Shown here: positions 39,941-53,469 of the stretch, piece after piece
Layout: the number at the start of each line of letters is the position of its first letter
How positions within the stretch are numbered: the first letter of the stretch is position 1
Source of the DNA: Fonticula alba ATCC 38817
Taxonomy: Eukaryota; Protista; Nucleariida
Assembly (NCBI GenBank): GCA_000388065.2
Contig: KB932205.1
Strand: one strand, 5' to 3'
Length of the DNA: 64,000 bases
The notes under the pieces: model-generated
The model's database searches: none
What the model was told of the DNA's origin: nothing
The model's input: the letters and a program-made list of their open reading frames with translations, nothing else
Program-made: the position numbers and the translations under genes

Positions 39941-42463
39941 TCAGTCCCAGTCCGCCTCGTTGGTGGACTCCTCGTCGGAGGTCGGCTGGTTGTCCTTCCG
40001 GATCATGGACAGGTGCCGGTGGAGGTCGCTCATGATGTCCTGTGCGCGCACAAGGACAGCACAAAGAGAGGGGGGCGGTGGAGCAAATGTCAGATGAGAC
40101 GCGGTGGCGGCGGGAGGAGGGGCGAAGCCAGGAGGAGGAACAGATCGCAAGAGGTGGATCATCGAGGCCCCATGAGACACGTACGCCGGAGGAGGACTGC
40201 TTGGGCTTGCTCTTGGAGGCGGGGCGCTTGTCCTTGGAGCTGCGCAGCTTCATGCGGCCACCGCCGGACTTGCGGATCTCGTCCAGCAGGCCGCCCCTCC
40301 CCTCGGTCGGGGCCGGCAGGGGGATGGACGACATGGCGGTCTCGGTGGCCGGCGGCGGCGGGCCGGGAGCCGGCGGCGGCGGCGGCGGCGGAGGCGGCGG
40401 CGGAGGCGGAGCACCAGCCGGCGGCGGAGGCGGCGGCGGGGGGGGCGGCGCGCCCGACGACGCCGGGGGGGGTGGCGGAGGCGGGGCCGGCGCGCCGGAC
40501 GAGGGGGGTGGCGGTGGCGGGGCGCCAGCGGCAGCAGGCGCGGCCGTGGTGGCCGCCGCGCCGCCCATGGCATCGGCAGCGCTGAAGTCCGGCAGCACTG
40601 ACGGGGCGATGTTGCTCGGCATCGAGGTATCCCCCTCGCCGACTGACCGATGCGAGGGAGAGAGAGAGAGAGAGAGAGACAGAGGAGCAAGAGGGAACAG
40701 GGGGCAGGGAGCACGAGGAAGGGAGAACCGGTGAGACAGGCACAGCGAGGGAGAGAGGGAAAGAGGGAAGGAAGTAGAAAGGAAAGACCCCAACGCACTG
40801 CTCCACTGGAGGTCGGTGGCGATGTTCGGCAGGTCCAGGCGATCTGGCAGCTCCATGTCCGGCAGCTCGGTCATCTGCGGCCGGAAGCCGACATCCATGC
40901 GGTCGCCATACTCCAGACCCAAGCCCAGGCGGATGGTATCCGGGGCCATTTGCAGCTCGAGGGACTCGTCGCGCCGCTGGACCTGGGCCTTGGCGGTGCG
41001 GACCTCGGTCAGGTTGTCGATGTGCTCGTACGTGCGGTAGGGGTTCAGCCGGGAGTTGAAGAGCAGCAGATCCGAGGAGGTCCGAGCCGTCGGCGGCAGA
41101 GCACCGAGCGAATTGACGGCGGTCGAGTTCTCCGGCTGCATATCCTCATTGGCACTGAGCGACTGCGAGGCCGATCCGGCCAGGGTCTGCAGGACGGTCA
41201 TGCTGGTGGGGACATTCTGCGCCAGGAACTTGGCGTCCAGCAGGTAGGACTCGCGCTTGGCCGTGACCACATCCACGATCGACGCCGGCGGCGTGAGGTT
41301 CTCCACAATTTCGACCACCGGCGAGGCAGGCGGCGTCGGGGACTTCGGCCGGGCGGGGGGCTTGGCCGGGCCGTCAGCGTCGGTGTCGGCGCCGGCATCG
41401 GCATCGGCATCGGCATCGGCGCCGGCATCGGCATCGGCATCGGCATCGGCATCGGCCGGCTTGTCCTCCTCGTCCGAGGGGGCCGGGCTGACCGGGGTGA
41501 CGACCTGAAGCAGGGATTCCCAAGGGAGGGAGGGGAAGCGCGAGGACGGCCGACGGCCGACGGCCACAGGACGCACGCCAGCCCGGGCAAACAAACGCCA
41601 AGGTCAGAGAAAGAGAGACAGAGCTTCGAAGGAGGGGGGGGGGGGGGAGGGGGCATCATGGCAGAGGGCGCTGCCCACAGGACACGCAAGGAAGGCACAG
41701 GCCATTCGGGACGCACCTTGACCGGCAGGCGAGACTGGTACAGCTGATCGGCAGCCGGCCAGGCCATGCGGACCTCCCCGGGGGCCAGGGGGGCGGGCTT
41801 GCCGCCGAGCATGATCGACCGAATGTTCGGCTGATAGAGTGCACCAAAGGTGAGACCGGCGCTGGCCGCCGGGAAGGCGCTCGAAGAGAAGACGGTGATC
41901 GATCGCGCCGGCGAGTCGGCCAGCGCGCTGACACGCGCCTGCGCCGCGCCCGCACGGCCATTGATGCCGGCCAGTCGCGACTCCGATTCGGAGATCTGGG
42001 TTCCGGGTCAGCAGGAGGGGGGGAGACCGCCAGCCGGGCAGGAGCGTGGACGCGCACATGCGCACACACAGGGCGGGAAGAGGGCGGAAGAAAGGAAAGG
42101 GGGGAGGGGAAGGAGGAAAAAGGGAGGGCGGAGGGGCGGGGGGGGGGGGGGGGATGCTGCGGAGCGGCGGACCATGGACGACACGCGGTCAAACACCGCC
42201 GATGAAGCGCTCTCGAGGAAGGCCAACAGGTCAACCACCTGTGCCATGGACTCAGTGTCCTCGAGGCCAGAATAGAGCACTGCAGTGACGAGAGGGGGGA
42301 GGGGGTGGGGGGAAGGCAAGGAAAGAGGTAAGTGCATGCCCAGCGCAGGTCCCTGGCGCAAAAAAAAAAGAGGGGAAGATCAAGAAGGGCGACAATGCAG
42401 AGCATCCGCACCGGGGACCACAATCTGCGGCGGCGAGGAAGCCGCGCCAGTGGCGGACGCCAT
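39941..42463 (-). CDS. WASH1: WASH complex subunit 1 (Arp2/3 activator: WAHD, polyproline, VCA), ~6 exons
   Basis: WAHD blocks VVPVLYSGLEDTESMAQVVDLLAFLESASSAVFDRVS, SITVFSSERLP, LGALPPTARTSSDLLLFNSRLNPYRTYEHIDNL and LPDRLDLPNIATDL. Then polyproline, WH2 GRGGLLDEIRKSGGG..KLRS, central DIMSDLHRHLSMIRK, and acidic end EESTNEADWD*. Confidence 0.92.
41388..41456 (-). repeat. Coding hexamer repeat (GCATCG)n encoding (DA)n in WASH1
   Basis: DADADADADAGADADADADAG in the WASH1 frame. Confidence 0.9.
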
Positions 42464-43304
42464 GCTGGAAAGGAGGAGGGGTCGGGCCCAGGGCCAGCGC
42501 TGCGGAGGGGGGGGGGGGGAAACAAGGAACGAGCGGGAGAGGGAGGGGAGGCGGGGCGAGAACCAGGAAAGGGGGGAGGGGGCAATCGCGAGGGGCGGCG
42601 AGGGGGCTGTCCAACGCCCGCGAAGGTGGCCGCCTGAACTGGGGCCGCCCAAAATACAAGCACCATCAAGGGGATGGGATCCGCCCCCAATCCCCCGCCT
42701 TGCGGGACGCGCCAGGCCGGGAACATCAATGCCCCCCGCTCTCGGGCGCCCTCGTTCCCACTCTCGGGTGCTTTCCGACCCGCACCGCGCGTGGGGCGTG
42801 CCAGTCAACAACCGAAGGAAGAAAGCCGCAGGTGAGGGGGGAGGGGGGCGAGAAAATAAAAAATAGAAAGACAACAACATCGCCCCCAACCGGCTCCCGG
42901 CCGGGCCCGCCTGGAGGGGGCGTGACCCGCCCGAGCTCATGCCAGCCATTCTGGAGCTCCTCGTGACCCGGGTCCGGGGCACCTGATCCAACTGCCGACG
43001 ATGGTGCCTCGTTTCCAGTTAAGTCTGCTCGGTACGGCGACGGACCGGAACTTGGGCAGCATGAGAAAGGGCACAGGCGGCATCGAATGGACGGACGGGA
43101 AAGAAAGGCTGGCATGGTCTATTCTCGCTCCTGCCGCTGGTGTGTTGAGGATACACACACACACGCACACGCACATACACACATGCACACAAGTGGCCGC
43201 CCAACGGGACGGGTGTCCGGGGAGGGGGAAAACCATCCGGGCGGATTTTGCCGGCGCCGAGCGCCGGCATTTCCAAACACCGGAGAGGGACCACCCACAA
43301 GCCA

Positions 43305-46045
43305 TCAATCCCACGCATGGAAGAGTGCCCGGAAGTCCGCCGGCTCGCGGCCATCATGGACCTTCTGGATGACCGACAGCGGATTCAGCGGGAGGATGGC
43401 AGCGAAATGGTGCTGCAGGTAGGTCTGGGTGGCGCGCACGGCCAGCGACTCGGCCACCACGGCGTCCGACGTGCGCCCGATCCACAGGTACACCGGGCAC
43501 GAGCTGAAGGTCTCGCGCAGGGGATCCGGGTCCACCAGGGCCACGACATCCGGGCGCAGGTCGCTCCGGCAGAAGTCCGTCTGCTCGGTGGCGAAGAAGG
43601 CCAAGTGTGACCCCCCGGAGGCCATGGCGGCCGACAGGTCGACGCTCGAGCTGGAGGCATCTGTCGGGGCATCGGCCGCCGGCGAGGCCGGCGGTGTTGC
43701 GGCCATGCCGGGAACCGGGCCCAGGCCGCCGCCCGGCGACGTGGCCCCCGGCCCGAAGGACAGCGTGGTGATGGTGAACTGGAAGAGCCGGGGGTACACC
43801 CGACGCAGGAGCGACCGGATGGAGGAGGCGGCCGTCGGCCCATCGAGGGCGTCCGGGTTGTCGGCATCCGGAGCAGATCCATCATCCGGCGCCGGGGCCG
43901 ACCCCGCGGCCCCGCTGAGCGAGGGCGAGGAGGTGATCGAGGCGCTGGCGCTGCCCAAAGCCGGCGACCGGCGCGGGCTGGCCTCCACATGGGAGGCATT
44001 GAAATGCAGGTCCGTCGGCGAGGGAGGCTGCAGGTACACCCCGGCCGAGCCGTCCAGGATGAGCGCCCTGCGGAAGGACTTCAGGTGCGAGGCCACCACC
44101 GGCACGGACAGCCCACTCCGAGCGAAGGTATACGACAGGACCAGGCCCAGGCGCTGGCTCACGCTGGCCGGCGACACCCGGCCCATGCCCATCAGCTGGC
44201 GGAAGGCCGGCGACTCGGACCCCTCGGGCTCGGCGAAAATCAGCGGCACCGAGGGATCCGACGACCGGAAGCTGGGGACCGCCGTGGCGGCGGCCTTCCC
44301 CCCGGGGGTCATGGCCTGCGACACGGCCGCCCCGACCGGCAGGAGGAAGTGCGCCCGGAGTTGACGCGAGTAGCGCGAGCACAGGCGCCGGTCCACGGCC
44401 CGGGTGGCCGCCCCATGCCACTCGAACACCTGCCGCTGGGCCAGGTCCACCACGATGAAGCAGTCGCTGGACATGAGCAGCCGGCTGGCCGGCGTCGAGG
44501 GGGAGGGGGTCACCTCGATGGCGCGACTTGTAATCCGCGAGGAGCCCAGGCGAATTTGGAAGATGCGCACCGGGCTCGGGGATCGGGCGATATCCAGGAA
44601 CCCGTCCTTCACCGGCAGGGGGGTGCCCTGGGGTAGGTAGGGAGATCGGGAGGGGGAACAGCAGCAAAGGCGAGGGCAGCGCGGCAGCAAAGGCGAGGGC
44701 AGCGCGGCAGCAGCGTAGCAGCAGGTCAGCAGCAGCGCAGAAGCGGCGCAGAGGCAGCGCAGAAGCAGCGCAGAGGCAGCGCAGAGGCAGCGCAGANNNN
44801 NNNNNNAGGCAGCGCAGAAGCAGCGCAGAGGCAGCGCAGAGGCAGCGCAGAGGCAGCGCAGAAGCAGCGCAGAAGCAGCGCAGAGGCAGCGCAGAGGCAG
44901 CACAGAGGCAGCACAGAAGCAGCGCAGCAGAAAGGCACAATGTCAGAGATGACGGTGGTGAAAAGTGACATGGGAAGAAGAGCAGGTCAAGGAGGCTGGC
45001 ATGCCTGGTGGGCGGAAAGAGGCATTCGACGTCGGGGTGTACCTTGAAGATAACCAGCTCTCTGTCAAGGTGACACATGAGCCGCGCGGGCTCGCATTGC
45101 TGCATCACGCGGATGACGCTNNNNNNNNNNNNNNNNNNNNNNNNTGACGGTGGTGAAAAGTGACATGGGAAGAAGAGCAGGTCAAGGAGGCTGGCATGCC
45201 TGGTGGGCGGAAAGAGGCATTCGACGTCGGGGTGTACCTTGAAGATAACCAGCTCTCTGTCAAGGTGACACATGAGCCGCGCGGGCTCGCATTGCTGCAT
45301 CACGCGGATGACGCTGCGCACGCCCGAGGGAGGGATTGGACGACGCAACGAAGGAGGGGGAATTGGCCCAGGCGGCCGGTCAGTCACACGAGAAGGGCAA
45401 GGCAGCTGGGGAACCGGCCGATCGAGCCGCCAACAGCGGCACGCACCGCAAGCTCAAGCCGTAGAGCGACTTGACGATGGCCTCCAGACGCGGGCGCAGA
45501 GACAGGGAAAACTGCATCCAAGCCATGGGCGAGGCGTCGCGGCCCTCCCAATAGTAGAGAAGATCGGAAGAGCGTCGTGCGGTCAGTCACACGAGAAGGG
45601 CAAGGCAGCTGGGGAACCGGCCGATCGAGCCGCCAACAGCGGCACGCACCGCAAGCTCAAGCCGTAGAGCGACTTGACGATGGCCTCCAGACGCGGGCGC
45701 AGAGACAGGGAAAACTGCATCCAAGCCATGGGCGAGGCGTCGCGGCCCTCCCAATAGTAGAGAACACTCTCGACCACACGGCCGGACTGGGTTTTGGAGG
45801 GCGCCGGGGCTGACCCCTCGGCGGCGTGCTGCAGCGCGGTGGCCGTCGTGGCGAAAGCCGCGGTGGCCGCCTCCTCGATGGCCTGGACCGGGGACGAGCC
45901 GAAGTTGATGTCATTCTCCGAGCGCATCAACTGCAGCAACTCCACAGAAGCGTCCTCGGCCGCGGCCAGGGGGGAGGCATCGGAGTCGCCCGAGTCGGGC
46001 CCCTCCGTGGCATCCGCCGGGGCCGAGGCCACGGACTTGGACTTG

Positions 46046-46076
<31 letters not shown>

Positions 46077-46798
46077 TTGGAGTCGAAGCACCATCCTCCA
46101 GGACACTGGGCAGGCTGGACAGCAGGGCCGAGGACTTTTGGTCATATGCACACAGGAAGGCATACACCTCGCCGGAGTAGAAGAAACTATTGCAATGCCC
46201 CGCCGGGAGGGAATCGAACTTGCCGGACTTGCCACGGACAAAGCACTTGATGTGTGGCCATACAGTCATATCGAATGTCAGCCGGGGGAGGAACACACAC
46301 ACACACACACACACAAAGGGGAGGAGGGGCGGCATTGTGCCAGACGGAAGGCGGCGAGGGCCGGCCAAGGGGGGGGGGGGGGGGGGGGCCGATTCTACAT
46401 CACAGACACACGTACCCGGATGCTGACCAACGAGGAGCGCATGCGGGAGAGCAGGGCACTGGCCGCGCGCTCATCCATCTCATCGGTCTGGGTGTCGGTG
46501 GCCGAGACGAAGGTGCGCCGTGGGCCGCGGTACAGCACCCGCACGTCGGTGTCCACTGGCAGCCGGTCACCCGAGCGCTTGGACTGGCCGGAGCTTGACG
46601 ATCCGCGATAGCCCACCTCCAAGGAAGCCAGCGTCGTATGTTGCTGGGCTGCAGCGGCGCCGGAGGAAGAGAAGGCAGGCCGACCCGAGGAGGGCAGAGT
46701 GGAAGGGGGGGGACAAGCAGATTGCGGTTGGTCATCAAAGCACGCGGACTGCCACAGGCGAAAGGAAAGGATGGCACGGAGCCCCTCGGTCGGGAAGA

Positions 46799-46842
<44 letters not shown>

Positions 46843-49800
46843 TTGCCCACCAGTCGCCGAACCACCCGGCGAAGACCGTATCCTCCGATCCCTCGGTCAC
46901 GCGCACTGCCCGGCCGTGGATGACCACATTCAGGGCCAGGTCTTCCTCCTCGCCGGGCGCCAGGCCGAGACGCTGGAGCAGGGCCGGCTGGCTGGCGCAC
47001 GACCGGCGGATCTGCTCCACATGCAGGGCCAGCACTCGCTGGGCCAGGCGCAGGGCAATGGACCGGATTTCCGCCGGAGCCCGGCGCCCAACCCATGCGG
47101 CCACGGTGACGCTCTGCGGATAGACCACACGCCCGTCGGGGAGGATCTCCCACGACCCGGGGTCCAGCTTGTGCACGGGCGCCGCACTGGTCGTGTCCAA
47201 GATGAAGCATCCGGCCGATTGGAGGGACTTTCGCGACAGGGGCGGGTCCATGCGTGGGACTTCCAGCTTGCCATCCTGGAAAACCACCCTGCCAAATGCG
47301 GAACCCCATGCTCATGTGAGTTTCGAGGCAAAGGAAAGGGCGGAAGGGGCGGGATGAAAATAGGAGCGGAGGAGCGGAGGAAGTGGAAAAGCGGGAAAAG
47401 CGAGAAAAGAAACGCGAGAAGCGGGAGAAGCGGGGGAGCGGAGGAACGAGGGAATGAAGAATGAGACAGAGGCTACGCACTGGAAGAGCCGCGCCTCGGT
47501 GGCCAGGTACGGGTCCAAGTAGTCGGCCCCGGCGCGCTGGTTCTCGATGTACAGCCAGGACAGGCAGAGGCCGAAGGAGTTACGCGAGGAAACCAGGCAG
47601 CGGCTGCCGCAGGGCTGGCAGGCGCTCTTCGGGGGCCGGTTCGCCGGCGAGTGACTGAAGAACCAATTGGCAAAGCGGAAGTAGTCCAGCAAGGCCCGGC
47701 GGCCGGAGGAGCTCGACGAGAAGGCCATAAACTGCTCGGCGCCCAGGGCCCCGCTGTTGCTGTGCACCATCAGGCAGTCCAGTTGCTCATCCGGCATCTC
47801 GGTCACCAGGGTCAGCGGGACGCGGGTATTTCGATCGCGCAGGTGGAAGTCATCGGCCAGAATGCGCGCCTTGGCCGCGGTATTGACCTTGACATCCTGC
47901 GGGCCCGAGCGGAGCCACGTCGCGAGAGGATGGTCAGCAGGGTGTCCAACGGGGGGGGGGGAAGCCCGAGGCAAGATGAATGCAATGCCCATGCCCGGGT
48001 GGCTCGCGCCAGGCAGCATGCGCACGCACCTGACCCGTCCACATGAAGACCTCCTGCGGGGTGTTCAGCAGGAAGACGCCATTGGAGCGGAGGGAATCCC
48101 AGGAAATCGGCCGCACTGGCTCCAGCCGAGCGCGCGGGCCGTCGAACACCACCGCAAACAGATCCACCTTCTGGATGAAGGCCCCGGGAGCCGACCCGGC
48201 GCTGGCCTTGTTCAAGCCCGGCAGCAGGGACATCTCGGCCGGCCGACGGATGATCTCCGAGAAGAGCCCCGAGAAATCGGCCGACTCGGCGCCGGGCTCC
48301 TACCAGTGGCCGGTTGATTGGTCAGTGCTGCTCTGGCGGGGCGCCAACACTCGGCAGGGGGGGCATACGCGCGGCTTACGGGCCAGGGGGGGGGGGGGGG
48401 GGGGAGGCCACCGCGGACAACGCACCTCATCTTGCACACAAGTGACGCCGCTGGTGGGCACCCCATCGACGAAGGACTTGTCCGACCACACCGGGATCCC
48501 CATGCCAAGGAGGGCCTTGCGCAGGTTGGCCGCATGCATGGCCGCGCACAGGCGCTTGTCCGTGCTGGCCTCGGGGCCGATCCAAGTGAAAATGGAATGC
48601 CGAACACCGATGTTCTTGCTGGTGTTGGCGCCTGAGACTTGGTTGTCGGGCACCGGGGTGTCGGTCTTTCCGCCGGCAGCAAAGAGACAGATAGAGAGAG
48701 AGGGGGGGGGGCGAAAGGACATTGCGGGAAGAAAACACCCGAACCAGAAGACGGTTAGCCGATCGTCGCTCAGAGCAGCCAGGCAAAAAGGGCAGACATC
48801 GGAAGGGAAGGCCAGTGCTCCATACCCGGAGCAGGATGTAGGCATCCCCGTCGCAAAAGGTGCCGCAGTTCCAGAAGAGCGGGTGAATGCCATTGTACTT
48901 GGCATTGCCGGCCCCGGCGGCGCCCTCACGGAAGAGGTAGGTCAGGTCATCGACCAGGTCGTCATCGTCATCGTCTGCGGCCGGAGCCGGGGCCGCTTGG
49001 CCCTCGAATCGGGGGAAGCGATCGTGATAGTGAACCGGCAGGAGCTCGGTCCCCTCATCATGAGCGCAGCCGAAGAACACTTCGCAGTCCATCTCCGCAC
49101 ACTCGGCGCGTAGGATCCCATGCTCGCAGTACTTGACGTGCGGATCTTCGGCCAGGGGAACACGCATGCGCAGGGGGTGGAGCTGCGCAATCACAAAGCA
49201 TGTCAGTTGGACCTGGGTTTCGTCCTCGGAGTTGTCGAACCAGCCGACATGCCGGGCGAGGACGCTCTGTGGGAAGAGCTGCGAGTAATCCATCCCCGAT
49301 GGGGCCTGAGAGGCATTCCAAGATCGAAAGACACGGCATGGAGAGGGCATGTGGAGGTGGATACGGTTCGAGCAGAGTCATGGTGAGGTGGCAGGGAAGG
49401 AGAGAAGGAGGGAAGGAGAGAAGGAGGGAAGGAGAGAAGGAGAGAAGGAGGCAGCGAGATAAGGAGGGAAGGAGAGAAGGAGGCAGCGAGAGAAGGAGGG
49501 AAGGAGAGAGAGAGAGGGAGGGAGAGGGAGAGAGCCATGCGCACCAGCTGGTCAACTAGCCCAGGGACGTGCTGGGACGCGGCATTGCCCGTGGCGTCAC
49601 CTAGCAGGAGGGTGCCCCCAGGGCCGAGGCCAGGGAGATCGCCCACCGGGATGTCCTGACAGGAGAAAAGGCCAGCAGAGAGATGGGGTTGAGCGAGTTG
49701 CCACCCGGGGACAAGTTAGCGACAGCCGGGGAGGGCGCCAGGCCGGGGCGAGAGCCCACGGAAAAGCCCACGCAGGACGCACATGGAAGTCCATCTTGGC

Positions 49801-52772
49801 CGCCTTCTTTTGAAGGAGCTCCTTCTCCTTGTCAGCCCGACGCCGAGCCTCCTGTGCCGCTCGTGCGGCTGCCTGGCTGGCTAGGCGCTCAACAAAGCGC
49901 TCCGAAGACCTGGACGGGAACCGGGCAAAGAAAAAAGCCACCATCAATGAGGATGAAACATCGGGAAAGGGCAAATGCGCTCGTGCTGCGATGCGTACTG
50001 GAGGGTGAAATCCGCATTGCGGATGTCATACTTAATGAGGCCGGTGGCAGCCGACGACTCGTCGTCGGGATCGACGCCCTCCTCGGTCGTGGAGGACCAT
50101 TGTGCCAGTAGGGCCCCGAGCGCGGCCTCGGCAACCGGCAGGTCGGGATTGTCATCGAGGTTGCTGTGGGGACCATGGACAGTCACAGGGGGGGGGGGGG
50201 GGAAGTACGCACGCATGAGTGGCAGGCGGGGAGATTTCATGCTCGGCCGGTGGGCGCAATACGCACAGGAACTTCAGACGCTTTTTGGCGGCCGCCACAA
50301 TGTGCCGCGGGATGGACTTCAGCCGATTGTTGTTCAACACCAGCACCTGAAGCGAGGGGAGGTGGTCATCCAGGACACAGAAAGTTGGCAGGGTAATCTG
50401 TCACCCACCGGCGGCGGAAGGCGAGGGGGTGGGGGAGAGGGGAGAGGGTGAGCAAAAAAAAAAAAGGCCATCTGGGTCGGCATGGAGAAGGTGCACAAGG
50501 AGCCGGGCGAGGGGGAGGATGACCGGGACAAAGAAATGCCAACACGCACAAAGCGATTGTAGCCCAGATGCAGGAGCTCCAGCGACCGGAGCCCCGAGAA
50601 GCTGGCCACATCCGAGAAGCTGGTCGGGGGGGCTCCGGCGCTGCCGGGCTTCGGAGCCCCGCCCGAGGACAGGGTGATGGGCGCGCGCGCGGCCAGGGCC
50701 TGCTCCGACGCCGACAGCGACGACCGGGGGAAGGTCACATCGTCCAGTCCGGCCCCCTGCAGAAGGTTGGCGTCCAGGTAGAGGAAGCGCAACTACGAGT
50801 GCGTGATATCGCCCACACGGCGCGCCAATGCCCGGGTAAGGATTTGTCCTGAAGGTGGCCGGCTGCACGGCCGCACAAAAGCCCCCCCCCCCCCCCCCCT
50901 GAGCCGGGGGCATCGCACCTTGGACAGGGCACCGAAGTAGCCGGGAATGCCGGCGAACCGGTTGTCCGACAGGACCAGCGACATGAGGAACTCCGCGGTC
51001 CAAGCCCGCGAGGGGTCGCGACCGCGCGCGAAGAACAGCAAGTAGAAACTCCGCGAGCAGAGCATATTCCCGCGGCAAACCAACACACGCAGGTTGTTGG
51101 GCAGCCGGATGAAGGGCTCCGTGCGCTGGGCATCCTGGCGTCGGCGCCACTCGGCATCCGGGTCTTCGTCCTCATTGTCCTCGTCGTCGGAGGCCGCATA
51201 GTCAAAGTCCGGCGAGACGGGCGATGCCGGGGTGCTCCCCACTGCCGGGGGCGAGTCCATGCCCCCGCCCATGCCGGGGCCGGGGCCCGACGACGACGAC
51301 GACGACGACGACGGAATCAACACACCCAGGGTGGGCGACCGGCCGATGGGCGAGTCGCCCGGCCCGGCCAGCGGGCTGACGCGGCCAGAGCCACCCCGGC
51401 GGTCCAGCACCCCGGCCCCGGCGCCCGCGGCATTGAGCGGGCGCCCGGCCAGGAAGTGTGCGCTCCGCGTGATGCCGGCCGGCACACCGCCCAGCGCATT
51501 GTACGACAGATCCAAGTGCTCCAGGGCAATCAGGCCGCTGAGATCCAGGGTGCGCCGGCCGGTGAAAGTGCAGTCGAGTGCCGTGTCCGCCAGGGAAAGA
51601 TGAACCAGCTGCGCAGGACGCCGAGCGAGGGAGGGCACACCATGCGCGTCAGTCGCCACATCGATGGGCAGGATGCCCAGAGGGGGGAGGCATGCCGAGC
51701 GAGAGCACCACCGAGGAGGAAGGAGGGGGGGGGGGCGAAAGCAGGCGGGGACGCACCGTGCGCATGTTTAACAATGGCCGGACCGCTCCCACCAGACCCA
51801 GGCCGCGGTTGCTGTCGAGCACCAGCGACCGCAGACCGGACCAATTGGCCGGGATCGGCGATTCGGTCAAAGACTCGGACAGCCGGGCCACGGCGGTCGG
51901 GGAAAAGTGCACCGCGGTGGCCGAATGCTCGGTGGCCGCCTCGGCCGCGGCCGTCAGCAGGCTGGCCCAGCGGCCGGTCCGGGCAAAGTGCGGCACGCGC
52001 TTGACACCGCACGCGCGGAGCTCCAGCTGGTCGAGCCGGCAATCAACGAACAGGCGCCGGCCCAGCTCCAGACCCGGGTCCGTGAGAAAGCAAATGTCCG
52101 GAATGTCCCGGACCACGAAGGTCCGAATGGGTGACAGGCCACTTGCCCCTTCGGCCACCGGGCGGGCCAGCGCCGCGGCGATGGGCTCCAGCTGGGCCAC
52201 CCGGACGCCAACCAGCTCCAGGCGTGTCAGGCAGGACCGCCTCTTGGCCTGGGAGATGCGCTGGGTCAGGGACACCGCTGCCTCCACGAAGGCCACCGCC
52301 GATGCCTGGTCATTGTCTCGGGTGATGTTGTAGCGCGAGGAGAGCTTGGCCGAGAGGTTCAAAGAGGAGAGTGTGATCTACGCAAGGGGGAGCATGAGGG
52401 TGGGGGAGGTGAGATGGGCGGGGGGAGCATGGCGGCCAAGACCCAGGAGAGGGGCCGGGCGGGGGCACGAGCACAGGCAGACGGCCCGGCCGGGCAGATG
52501 CAGGAACCGGAGCAATGGCAGGCGTGGAGGGGCCCTCGATCTGGGGCGATGGCGCGCACCGCGTCAAGGCCATAGGGCACCTGGCCGATGTCGGACTTGG
52601 ATAGGTCCGACCAAATGAGCGACGTGGAGTCGGGGTTTTCCTCCAGCGCCCGGCCCACTTGCACGGAGAGGCTGGATTTCGGGCCCGGGGTTCGAAGAAG
52701 GCGCAGGCCAACGATGATCGGGTGGTCCGGGATCAGGAGCGTGGACTTGCGCGCCGGGCCGGCCTGGCTCAT
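43305..52772 (-). CDS. FLII: Flightless-I homolog (N-terminal leucine-rich repeats plus gelsolin-like domains), many exons
   Basis: LRRs (LRSLVLDSN, LEHLDLSYNALGGVP, LYLDANLL, LELLHLGYNRF, LVLNNNRLKSIP) lie at ~52.7-49.9 kb. A linker with MDYSQLF (cf. FLII LDYSEFF) follows. Gelsolin repeats (FCDGDAYILL, HSIFTWIG, SNGVFLLNTPQEVFMWTG, FYSGEVYAFL, LYYWEGRDAS, RVMQQCEP, VFEWHG, YLWIG) end in KVHDGREPADFRALFHAWD*. The start codon choice is approximate. Confidence 0.9.
44677..44930. repeat. Intronic 11-bp minisatellite (A[G/A]GCAGCGCAG)n
   Basis: Roughly 20 tandem copies with an internal 10-N gap, inside the FLII intron spanning ~44631-45044. Confidence 0.92.
45561..45579 (+). other. Illumina adapter remnant (AGATCGGAAGAGCGTCGTG) at a duplication junction
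   Basis: Exact 19-nt match to the TruSeq read-2 read-through adapter, between two 184-bp copies. Confidence 0.95.
49395..49515. repeat. Intronic purine-rich tandem repeat (GGAGAGAAGGAGGGAA-like)
   Basis: Several 16-20 bp imperfect copies in a FLII intron (polypyrimidine on the coding strand). Confidence 0.8.
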
Positions 52773-53044
52773 GCTGACGATGGTGGCGGGGCCGGGCGAG
52801 GGAGGAGGCGAAATGAGGGGAGGGGGGAGAGGCAGGCGGGCAATCGGCGGACAAGGGGAAAGCAGGGCCAGAGGCAAGGAGAAGAGGAGTGGCCGGCGAC
52901 CGGGCGGCATCCCACGGCTGGCCCCTGTCAGAAAGAGGGCACCGACTGGCACACGCCCGGCCCCCGCTGTCTCGTCCTCGGGCCAGGCCCTCGCGAGCAT
53001 ACGTGCAGACAGGACACACACACGCATGCATACATTCACTCGGC

Positions 53045-53075
<31 letters not shown>

Positions 53076-53432
53076 ATGAGCACACGACGCACACAGGCAC
53101 ACAGGCACACACGGCGCGCCCGTGCCGGCACATGGCGGATCTGCCCGGGAGGAAACTAGCCAGGCGCATTCCGCCGGGCGCGGGCGCGAGTCTGGCAGGC
53201 ATTCCACCGCCCTCCACCCCCGCCAACAGCCGCCACACCGCGCCCGCCCCCCGCCCGCACCCGCGCCCGCCCCGGACTTTTGACATGGTAGATCGATCTG
53301 GCCGCGGGCCGAATCGGACCGTTGGCAGCCCAGCGGACAATTGGAGCTGCCGACTCTTTGGGGATTGCGATTGCGCGGCGACGCAGGGGGATCTATTCCG
53401 CGCGCAAACACGGGGCGGCATGCGGTCTTGTC

Positions 53433-53469
<37 letters not shown>

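Noticed and set aside
44677-44930. Repeat array as a CRISPR
   Set aside because: It is a head-to-tail 11-mer with no unique spacers and no cas genes, in a eukaryotic intron.
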